In this document: positions 1 to 11,289 of the stretch, one piece after another | Layout of the letters: each line of letters opens with the position of its first letter | Numbering within the stretch: the stretch's first letter is position 1 | From: Macrostomum lignano | Taxonomy: Eukaryota | Length of the DNA stretch: 64,000 nucleotides | Assembly (NCBI GenBank): GCA_002269645.1 | Contig: NIVC01002467.1 | Coordinates: 62,001 to 126,000 of the forward strand | Direction: 5' to 3' | Notes under the pieces: generated by a model | What the model saw: the letters and a program-made list of their open reading frames with translations, nothing else | Told to the model about the DNA's origin: nothing | The model's database searches: none | Made by a program: the position numbers and the translations under genes

Positions 1-153
1 AGACAAGACAAGACAAGACAAGACAAGACTAGACTAGACAAGACAAGACAAGACAAGACAAGACAAGACAAGACAAGACAAGACAAGACAAGACAAGACA
101 AGACAAGACAAGACAAGACAAGACAAGACAAGACAAGACAAGACAAGACAAGA
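1..153. repeat. (AGACA)n pentanucleotide microsatellite, running off the left edge
   Basis: Directly visible, nearly perfect AGACA array. Confidence 0.97.
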
Positions 154-386
154 TAAGGAGTCTCTCCTTCCCGACGAATTCAAATGTAAAAAATCTGGGT
201 TGGCAAATTTTATGAAAATATTGCAATAAAAAACAGAGATGCATTTAAAAGTGCATGGTTATAAAATTATAAAAAAATTGCTTTTGCCTGATACATGTAA
301 TACGCACAAAAATAGCTACATGTGTAGGCGCATGCATGGGCTAATTTCTGCAACAAACATATATATATATACGAGTACATTACTTG

Positions 387-1096
387 TGTAGTAGGGGGTT
401 TAGTTTCAAGCAGTTTTGCTAAGGCGTTTGCCATTCGTCGGGATGAATTATTTTAGTAGCATGAATTCGAGAATAAGCAGTTTTGCTTTTACGCTACTAT
501 TAGTAGTTCACCTTCGGGAAAATATCTGAAGCTATGGGAATTCGAGTCTTAGCGGGTTTCTCTATTAGTAAAAGGCTGTTTGGCCTCGGGAAAAGCATCC
601 TGTTCAGGACCGTCCATTGGACAACATTTGTAAGAGATCTAAGTCTCAAATAAGCCAGACTAAGGGAGTCTCCCCTTTATAAAATAAAAGAATATATATA
701 AGAAAGTATAAAAGGTAAGATCGGGGTAAAATAGGGAGGCTAAGAGGAGTCTACCGCTTAGTCAAAACGGAGTCTACCGAGAATAGGAATTAGTACAGTC
801 AGTTAGATAGAAGTAAGGGAAAGGAACCAGGAGTCTACCGGTTCTAATAACATAGTAATAATAGTGCTTAAATCTTTGCATATTTGGTTCAATAATATCA
901 TTTTCTTTTGTTTGTTTATTCCAATAATCTTCCATGAAGTCGACTCTTGTCTCACTTATTTTAATCTAAAACTATTATTATAAGGGACATTAGTCTGGTG
1001 GCAGCAACCTACCAAATTAGAGTACATAATAACAGAAGTAATAATAGAAAACCAGAATAAACCAGTAGCCTAAACCGCAGGTACCACGCGTGTCCA
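387..1096 (+). mobile_element. Solo LTR (710 bp) of the Ty3/gypsy family found at 10011-25391
   Basis: TGTAGTAGG...GTGTCCA termini (TG..CA), flanked by a 4-bp TSD CTTG (383-386 and 1097-1100). By eye it matches 24682-25391 except for two homopolymer indels near the 5' end. Confidence 0.95.
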
Positions 1097-1321
1097 CTTG
1101 TGAGAGCTGGAAATGATGCCATAGATATACAAAATTACATGTAAGTGTAAAAGTTGAAAGCTTTACAAATTATTCGCATGTTAATCTAGCAGTTGATATT
1201 ATATTCTACATCTATTTCATATGCAAGATTTAGCTGCAGCAATCTAAAAACTGCACAATCTATCGTAGTAGCTCGGACAAAAATTAGCTACCAGCAGGAC
1301 ACTGCACAGCTTGCAGCAGTT

Positions 1322-3424
1322 ATGCCCAAGCATAGGCGAAAAAGCGGCGGCATGTTGAAATTGTTGGCATGCACCGAGACCCTCTCCATGGACGACGAAG
1401 ACTTGACTCAGTTTAATGAGGAAGGATGCTTCTTGCGCAACAACAGAACCCACGACGACGGGCCAATAATTGACGGGGACCGATCGCGAACTAAAGACGG
1501 TTTCTTACGAAAAGCGCTCAACAGTTTGCTAAACGATAAAGGCAGCGAAAACTTAAAGATTGTCAGCTCGACTAGGACTGGTAGGAGACTGGCCGATGCA
1601 CCTGCGGAAGCTACAACTGGCCCGCCAGCCGCAGCCGGTCGGTCTGTCAGTCGAAATCTGCGCAAACGTCTGATCGTGGCACTGCTGGAAGACTCCGGAC
1701 AGTTGTCGCCAGCCTCGGGAAGAATCGACAGAGGCAGCCGTCGGACAGCCGAGGCGGCTGCAGACATCAGGAAGCTGCTCCGCCAACTTAATGACGTCAT
1801 AGACGATTACAGCGGATCATCGAGCAGCGGAGTTGGCAGCAACAACACCAGTAGCAGCAGCAGGGACTGTAGCGGCTGCTGCGCCAGCGGAGGCGACGGT
1901 GGATGCTGCGAATTGCCGCAGAGCTCTTTACCACACGAATCACAGTTTGGCATCGACGAAAGGCCACCGCCGCTGCCGCCTCCAAGGCGACTGCAGATCG
2001 ATCTGCCGCCATCATCGCTGCCTCGTAATGCCGTCTACGAATGCACGGACTTAAACGCTGTCGCACCAACCAACAACCGGATTATTAAGCAAAGCGATTT
2101 CCAGCAGCAGACCTGCTGCTCCTGGTCAGCTGACGTTGTTGATGAAGATCCGCAATGCTCGGCAACAGTAGTTGCTAGGCCAATTGTTCCCGTGACTACG
2201 GTCCAGCAGGTGTCTATTGGTAATAATAGGACAGCTAAAGACTTGATACTCAAGCAGGGGACTGAGACTACTAATAATATTTGTACTACTAATGATACTA
2301 TTGCTACCAGTACGAAGATGCAGAACTCAAATCGAGCCGTCCAAGGATCGACCAAGACGCGTCGAGAAGTTGATAAAAACAAAACGGAATTGGGTTAGTG
2401 CGCGCAGGGCTTTTTGTTACTGGAGGACCAATTAGGTAGTCTAAATATCAGAAGACCCATTAGGTAGCCTAAATATCAGAGGACCAATTAGGTAGCCTGA
2501 ATACCAGAGGACCAATTAGGTAGCCTAAATACCAGAGGACCAATTAGGTAGCCTGAATACCAGAGGACCAATTAGGTAGCCTGAATATCAGAGGACCAAT
2601 TAGGTAGCCTAAATATCAGAGGACCAATTAGGTAGTCTAAATATCAGAAGACCCATTAGGTAGCCTAAATATCAGAGGACCAATTAGGTAGCCTGAATAC
2701 CAGAGGACCAATTAGGTAGCCTAAATACCAGAGGACCAATTAGGTAGCCTGAATACCAGAGGACCAATTAGGTAGCCTGAATATCAGAGGACCAATTAGG
2801 TAGCCTAAATATCAGAGGACCAATTAGGTAGTCTAAATATCAGAAGACCCATTAGGTAGCCTAAATATCAGAGGACCAATTAGGTAGCCTGAATACCAGA
2901 GGACCAATTAGGTAGCCTGAATATCAGAGGACCAATTAGGTAGCCTTAATATCAGAGGACCAATTAGGTAGTCTAAATATCTGAGTACCAATTAGGTAGC
3001 CTGAATACCAGAGGACCACAGGCAGCTAAAGAATTTATTAACTCCACGCCAAAGCACCACTGCTATTCGTTTTTTTTCTGGCACAGGCCCCTCATCGAGT
3101 TCGCACCATCGGCGCGGCCGCCCGCACCGCGGATTCCGACGCTACCGCTGCGCCCAGCCGCAGGCAGCCAGCAATTATTATGCCAATAATAATACGACGC
3201 AGGCAGTTTCGCAATCAGCCACCGTCGCTTTGCCGGCACCGATGGCGATGACGTCATCATCTTCGTGCGTCGTCAGGAACGGCTGCTGTGATGGCCCGAC
3301 CAGATGCTGCTGCCGGTGCCGCCGCTGCTGCTGCTGCTGCGGACCTTGCGGAGTCGTTGGGACCGGAGGAGGTCACCACGACCTGAGGCAGGATGTGGAA
3401 CATCTCATGGGAGGATCTCGTTGA
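1322..3424 (+). CDS. Uncharacterised two-exon protein (~469 aa), low complexity, with a Pro-rich PxxP segment and a C-terminal cysteine cluster
   Basis: Exon 1 is 1322-2393 (ATG at 1322, donor G|GTTAGT, phase 1). Exon 2 is 3087-3424 (acceptor ttttttttctggcacAG|GC). The phases match and the frame stays open to TGA. Composition is GC-rich and coding-like; no domain recognised. Additional upstream exons cannot be excluded. Confidence 0.55.
2423..3018. repeat. 28-bp minisatellite (GAGGACCAATTAGGTAGCCTRAATAYCA) filling the intron of the orphan gene
   Basis: About 21 visible tandem copies. Confidence 0.95.
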
Positions 3425-4090
3425 AGCATCCTTTGCTGAATATTAAAATAAAAGAATTGAATTGAACGATCGTTAAACATCGAGTTCAGCAAATTAAATC
3501 GAATATTCAAATGCGCGCCAAAAAGTGAGACACACGGCGTTAAACACGATCTTTGGCGCGAATTTGAATTTGATTTAAAAATCGATAAGTGGATGATTTA
3601 CCGGGAGTTGATAACATTGCCGTCGGATGAAAAGCGTGTCCTAAACTACTTTCATTTCAGTGCCTATAACAGCATACTATTTGTTTCTAAAATAATTGTA
3701 TCATTACTATATATTATTCGTGAAACTGCATGGTATGTCATAGGCATTTTACGGTGACCCTGACGGAGACAATTATTGCTGTAAAAACTATAACGGCGAG
3801 GGATTAACGAGGTACTTTTTATTGTTCCATCCACGGAATCCCTGGAATTTGGAACGGATTCCCATTCCGGTGGGAATAAATTCATTCATTTTTTAAAGAT
3901 CGTTCGTTAATTTGAATATTCCTAAACAGTCGCGTTGATGCAATTTGCTTTCAATATATATCTTATTTTTTGACATGTACTGTATCTGCATGAATTTTTT
4001 AATTTTATTTTGCGATTGTATTTTAGACATTAAAGTGCCTATTTTTTATCGTTGTTTGTAGTGTACAGTTTTTGCGACAATGCTTTTTAG

Positions 4091-4093
4091 TTC

Positions 4094-4130
<37 letters not shown>

Positions 4131-4135
4131 ACTCA

Positions 4136-4166
<31 letters not shown>

Positions 4167-4233
4167 ACTCACTCTCTCTCTCTCTTTCTCTCTCTATCTC
4201 TCTCTCTCTCTATTTCTCTCTCTCACACACACA

Positions 4234-4273
<40 letters not shown>

Positions 4274-4369
4274 CTCTCTCTCTCACTCTCTCTATCTCTC
4301 TATCTCTCTATCTCTCTCTCTCACACACACACTCTCTCACACACACACACTCACACACACACACACACA

Positions 4370-4400
<31 letters not shown>

Positions 4401-4538
4401 TCACTCTCTCTCTCACTCTATCTCTCTCTCTCTCTCACACACACTCTCTCTCTCACTCTCTCTCTCTCTCTCACTCTCTGTCTCTCTCTCAATCTCTCTC
4501 TCACTCTCTCTCTCTCTCACTCACTCTCTCTTTCTCTC

Positions 4539-4589
<51 letters not shown>

Positions 4590-4646
4590 CTCTCTCTCAC
4601 TCTCTCTCTCTCTCACTCACTCTCTCTCTCTCTCTCACTCTCTCTC

Positions 4647-4710
<64 letters not shown>

Positions 4711-4970
4711 CTTCTCTCTCTTTCTTTCTTCTCTCTCTTCTCTCTTCTCTCTCCTCTCTCTCCTCTCACCCCTCCCTCTTCTTTTTCTTCTCTCTCTCTC
4801 CTCTCCTCTCTCTCTTTTCTCCTTTCTCCTCTCTTTTCACTCTCTTTTTTCTCTCCCCGTCTTTCTTTTCTCTCTTCACTCCCCTCTCTCCCTTGTCCTC
4901 TCTCTCTTCTCTTTTTTCCCACTCCTCTCTCTCCCTCTCTCATCTTCCTCCTGTCTCCCCTTCTCTATCA
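4091..4970. repeat. Compound (CT)n/(CA)n microsatellite grading into a pyrimidine-rich low-complexity tract
   Basis: Directly visible. Confidence 0.95.
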
Positions 4971-5451
4971 TTACCACGGTCACCGCGGTCTTTCTGTTGC
5001 AATCTCAACGAAACTTTCTGAGCAGCAACTTTATAAACACACGCATTTCTTCGGCTGCAACGGTTGCTAAATTATTATTTTCAAACACGCATATCACCGC
5101 ACAATGCTGTCTGGTCTTACTTCGACCCCCATAATACGACAGTGCACAATTGAATAGTGCTTCGAAACCCTACTCTCAGGACTGAGGTCTTTGTTGCAGG
5201 CTTGAAATTAGAGTTTAGATACATTACCACACTTTTGTCATCATCATCATCATTTCTTTTGAATTTTAAGTTTTAACAAAGCTTCATTTGCTCATGATAC
5301 TACTGAAAGGTTTATTTTAAAGTAGTATGTATAGATAAAGGCCTGTTTTCGAAGTGACGGCAGCACGGGATCACCTGCAATTACGAGTGTCTTGCCCAGC
5401 GCTTGCCGCGGGTGTTGATCAGATCGACGGGGACTGGGACTCGTTGCCGAG

Positions 5452-6665
5452 GAATACTGATAGTGTGACAATAGGAATACTGATAGAGTGACAATAGGAA
5501 TACTGATAGAGTGACAATAGGAATACTGATAGAGTGACAATAGGAATACTGATAGAGTGACAATAGGAATACTGATAGAGTGACAATAAGAATACTGATA
5601 GAGTGACAATAGGAATACTGATAGAGTGAAAATAGGAATACTGATAGAGTGAAAATAGGAATACTGATAGAGTGACAATAGGAATACTGATAGAGTGACA
5701 ATAGGAATACTGATAGAGTGACAATAGGAATACTGATAGAGTGACAATATGAATACTGATATAGTGACAATATAAATACTGATGGAGTGACAATAGGAAT
5801 ACTGATAGAGTGACAATAGGAATACTGATAGAGTGACAATAGGAATACTGATAGAGTGACAATAAGAATACTGATAGAGTGACAATAGGAATACTGATAG
5901 AGTGAAAATAGGAATACTGATAGAGTGAAAATAGGAATACTGATAGAGTGACAATAGGAATACTGATAGAGTGACAATAGGAATACTGATAGAGTGACAA
6001 TAGGAATACTGATAGAGTGACAATATGAATACTGATATAGTGACAATATAAATACTGATGGAGTGACAATAGGAATACTGATAGAGTGACAATAGGAATA
6101 CTGATAGAGTGACAATAGGAATACTGATAGAGTGACAATAGGAATACTGATAGAGTGACAATAGGAATACTGATAGAGTGACAATAGGAATACTGATAGA
6201 GTGACAATAGGAATACTGATAGAGTGACAATAGGAATACTGATAGAGTGACAATAGGAATACTGATAGAGTGACAATAGGAATACTGATAGAGTGACAAT
6301 AGGAATACTGATAGAGTGACAATATGAATACTGATATAGTGACAATATAAATACTGATGGAGTGACAATAGGAATACTGATAGAGTGACAATAGGAATAC
6401 TGATAGAGTGACAATAGGAATACTGATAGAGTGACAATAGGAATACTGATAGAGTGACAATATGAATACTGATATAGTGACAATATAAATACTGATGGAG
6501 TGACAATATGAATACTGATAGAGTGACAATAGGAATACTGATAGAGTGACAATAGGAATACTGATAGAGTGACAATAGGAATACTGATAGAGTGACAATA
6601 GTAAGACTGATAGAGTGACAATAGTAAGACTGATAGAGTGGAAATAAATAAGTGACAATAAGGAG
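5452..6665. repeat. 23-bp minisatellite (GAGTGACAATAGGAATACTGATA)
   Basis: About 50 tandem copies with recurring variant units. Confidence 0.95.
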
Positions 6666-7204
6666 AGTGACAATTGGGTGAAAATATGGAGCCTGACGTA
6701 TTTTGTGAGCCAGCACAAGTGGTGGGCCTGTGGCTTATGTACATGATGCTTGTACATTATACATGTAGCAGACATTTTCTTTACTTATTCGGTTGCAATC
6801 CGCAGAATTAGCAATCAAAATTCAATTAAATGTGGAATTTCCAAGTTTATATTTTTGCACGCAAATGGTAGGTGGTACATGTAGGTGGACGGAAGAAAAG
6901 GCTAACAAAAAAGTCTGGAAATGTTTTCCACTTGTGCACCGCAACTCAGCAAGTGCTCTCCGGCAATTTGCGCAAATTTATGAATTCGCGGCAAAGTTAA
7001 ACGGCAGTTAACGTTAAGACTGTGCTAAGTGGCCCGGTGCCAAGTTGGTAATTGATTCTTCTGATTACGAATAAAGAAATTATTTACATGTGAGCTTGAG
7101 CTTCCATGCGTTTAATTAACTACTAAATTTAGTACGATTGTGAAGAATGCGTGAGAGTATAGTTTTTTAGGCTGACAATTATTGGGTTACGATTGAAGTG
7201 ATAG

Positions 7205-7600
7205 TTACTGAGTGACAATCGGAGTGACAATTGGAGTGACAGTTAGAGTGACAATTAGAGTGACATTTGGAGTGATGGAGTGACAATTAGAGTGAAATTT
7301 GGAGTGACAATTGGCGTGCCGATCGGAGCAATAATTTGAGTGACAGTTGGAGTGACAGTTGGAGTGAAAACTAGAGTGACAGTTGGAGTGACATTTGGAG
7401 TGACAATTGGAATGTCAACCGGAGTGACAATTTGAGTTACAATTGGAGTGCCAATCGGAGTCACAATTTGAGTTACAATTGGAGTGCCAATCGGAGTGAC
7501 AATTTGAGTTACAATTGGAGTGCCAATCGGAGTGACAATTTGAGTTACAATTGGAGTGCCAATCGGAGTGACAATTTGAGTGACAATTGGAGTGACAGAG
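7205..7600. repeat. 12-bp-based minisatellite (GGAGTGACAATT) with 36-bp trimers
   Basis: Directly visible tandem copies. Confidence 0.9.
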
Positions 7601-8207
7601 TGAAAATAAGAAAGAATTATTGACTCCAATGCCCAGAATTACGCATCCAGAGCAAACCAACAATGCTCTCCAACAACTTTACGACTTCACTTTGCGTGCA
7701 CAAGCTGACTCGAAATCAGCCCAACCCCCCTAAAAAAGCTGTATTATTTCACACTTAAAACGGTCGGCCTGCACACGCTTTGACCGTAAAAAAACTGATT
7801 CTATGGATCACGCAATTCCGCACACCACCCGCGGCCTGCACAGCACAACAAAGTACTTCTGCTGGACCTAGCGGCGCTCATGAACACGATTATTGTGCAG
7901 CACAGTAGTGTATATCCATGCAAGATTGCAGCGCTTCACAGCTCACTACAATACCAAGTTTAAGCAGGTAGTTTACGGTGTTAAAAGAGTTACCAACATG
8001 TATAGTGCAACTATGCATTTCCTGTTGGAATCCTCTTTGGTCAAGAGAATAAGAATGGAGCTGGCGATGCATGCACTGACTGAAATAGCCTTCAATCTAG
8101 CGTTCAATTTTTTATAGAGAGCCCATGACTCTTTGACGAATATGATTTGCACGTCAGGGCATCGCAGATTCTGATCTATTCGCATTTCTAATCCAGTTTC
8201 AGGGACT

Positions 8208-9012
8208 AGAACTCCACTATGTAGCTGTGTCAGGTTTCCAGTCCAAGTGTTTATATATGACTAGAAGTCCACGATGTAGCTGTGCCAGGTTTCCAGTCCA
8301 AGTGTTTATATATGACTAGAAGTCCACGATGTAGCTGTGCCAGGTTTCCAGTCCAAGTGTTTATATATGACTAGAAGTCCACGATGTAGCTGTGCCAGGT
8401 TTCCAGTCCAAGTGTTTATATATGACTAGAAGTCCACGATGTAGCTGTGTCAGGTTTCCAGTCCAAGTGTCTATATATGACTAGAAGTCCACGATGTAGC
8501 TGTGCCAGGTTTCCAGTCCAAGTGTTTATATATGACTAGAAGTCCACGATGTAGCTGTGTCAGGTTTCCAGTCCAAGTGTTTATATATGACTAGAAGTCC
8601 ACGATGTAGCTGTGCCAGGTTTCCAGTCCAAGTGCTTATATTGGACTAGAAGTCCACCATCTAGCTGTGTCAGGATTCCAGTCCAAGTGTCTATATTGGA
8701 CTAGAAGTCCACCATCTAGCTGTGTCAGGATTCCAGTCCAAGTGTCTATATTGGACTAGAAGTCCACCATCTAGCTGTGTCAGGATTCCAGTCCAAGTGT
8801 CTATATTGGACTAGAAGTCCACCATCTAGCTGTGTCAGGATTCCAGTCCAAGTGTCTATATTGGACTAGAAGTCCACCATCTAGCTGTGTCAGGATTCCA
8901 GTCCAAGTGTCTATATTGGACTAGAAGTCCACCATCTAGCTGTGTCAGGATTCCAGTCCAAGTGTCTATATTGGACTAGAAGTCCACCATCTAGCTGTGT
9001 CAGGATTCCAGC
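8208..9012. repeat. 55-bp minisatellite (CTAGAAGTCCAC...GTGTTTATATATGA), two variant blocks
   Basis: Period of 55 measured between 8261 and 8316; about 14 copies. Confidence 0.95.
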
Positions 9013-9408
9013 TGACCTAATAATTGAGATGCAATGCATTTGTAATAATTTAAATGTCTATGGCTGTCTGTCAAGTTTCCTGTGTCAGGAATGAAGCATG
9101 GCTAAAACTCAATGTATTGAAGATTTTTTACACACAGTAAAATGGGAAGGCTTAAACCTGTGAGGGTCGGGGAATGTCACAGCATCCCCTATTGTCATCA
9201 TCAGTCAGTTTGAATGGACTGAACTGTTCCCGCTTGCACACACCTGCCTGCCCTGAGTTGGGAGTCAATCACTGCCTGGGACCGCTATGCCATATAGGGA
9301 TTTGAGAAGCGATCATGAGTTCATAACTTTTTCTAATTCTTAATCTCACCGTCCTGATTGACATGACTCCACCCAAAATATTCCAGCGAAATTTGTATTC
9401 TAAACAGT

Positions 9409-9973
<565 letters not shown>

Positions 9974-10316
9974 ATTCAGCTACGAGCGTATCAATCCACA
10001 GTAACGCTATTGTAGTAGGGGGGTTTAGTTCAAGCAGTTTTGCTAAGGCGTTTGCCATTCGTCGGGATGAATTATTTTAGTAGCATGACTAGCAATCTAC
10101 GCCCCCCGTTGGGGAGCCAAAGAAATGCAATCGCTACACGTTTTTTTAATAAGCTACATGTATCCTTGAAATCTTAAAAAATCTCCTGTCAAACCTTGTA
10201 AGCCTTGACATGTCAGTAATTCCCCACCACAAGCTTTAACATATCAACTCCCCCCCTTGACATCTCAGCAATGCCCCCAATAAGCCTTGGAAATCTAAAA
10301 ATATCTGTCAACCTTC

Positions 10317-10383
10317 TAACCCTAACCCTAGCCTAACCCTAACCCTAACCCTAACCCTAACCCTAACCCTAACCTAACCCTAA
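10317..10383 (-). repeat. Interstitial telomere-type (TTAGGG)n tract, ~11 units, inside the Helitron
   Basis: (TAACCC)n on the + strand with two imperfect units. Confidence 0.9.
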
Positions 10384-11289
10384 AGCATTGACATTTCAGT
10401 AATTCTCTCTAAGAGTCATTATAGCACTGCTACAGCATTATAGCGATTTCCTGCAAGCCTCGACATCGTAGGGATTCCCAAATGAATCTCTTAACTTCGA
10501 CATGAAGCTTCTTTTATTTTTTACATTACGCTTTTTTTATCAGCGATCCCTCCCCTGAGGAGGCATCAAATAATGTAATAAAAAGTTTTCAATAAACTTT
10601 ACATGATTGTTTACATGTAGCTTCTGACTTTAGCTTTGAAATCTCATTTATACCCCCGTGAGCCTTGACATCTCAGCTATTCCCCCGTAAGCCTTGACAT
10701 GTCAGCGATGGCCTCCATAAACCTTGAAATCTGAAAAATCCCCCGTTAACCTTGAAACCCGATAAAATATAACCCTCAACCCACACCTGACCTAAACCTA
10801 ACTTTAACCCAACCTAAAGCCTTGAATCTCAGCAATTCTTCTCCCCTAAGCCTTGACATTTTAGTGATTCCTTCTTTAAGAATCACAGCACTGTAACGAT
10901 TCCCTCCAAGCTTTGACATCATAGCAATTCCCAAATGAATCTTTTAACTTCGACATGACTTTTCTTTTATGTATACATAGTGCTACTTTTATTTTTTACA
11001 TGACTCTTCTTCTATCAGCGACCCCCCCCGTGGCGAGCCAACAAAGAATGTAATAAAAAAATTGAGTAAAGTACATGAACTTTGAAGTAGCTTCTGACTT
11101 TTGCTTTGACATCTCAGCAACCCCCCCTTCGTAATCTCAGTTATTCTCTGAGAGCCTTAACGTCTCAGTTTTTCTCCCCAGCACAGCATTATAGCTGCAT
11201 TTATTTTTACATGACACCCTTCATGTCTGACATGACGCTTCTTTTATTCTACCATGATGCTTCTTAACTTTTTAAATGACACTTTCCTT

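Noticed and set aside
5345-5452. Small GC-rich island next to the 23-bp array as a possible isolated exon
   Set aside because: Candidate splice sites exist, but I could not link it in phase to any neighbouring exon or recognise the peptide.
4072-7663. Long six-frame ORFs (up to 474 aa) such as SLSLSL... and YQYSYCHSISIPIV...
   Set aside because: They are translations of stop-free microsatellites and minisatellites, open in several frames at once.
8208-9012. Regularly spaced repeats as a possible CRISPR array
   Set aside because: The units are contiguous with no unique spacers, no cas genes are present, and the context is eukaryotic. The same applies to all other arrays.
10317-10383. Chromosome end or healed break
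   Set aside because: The tract is only ~11 units and is embedded in a Helitron module with a decayed paralogous tract nearby.
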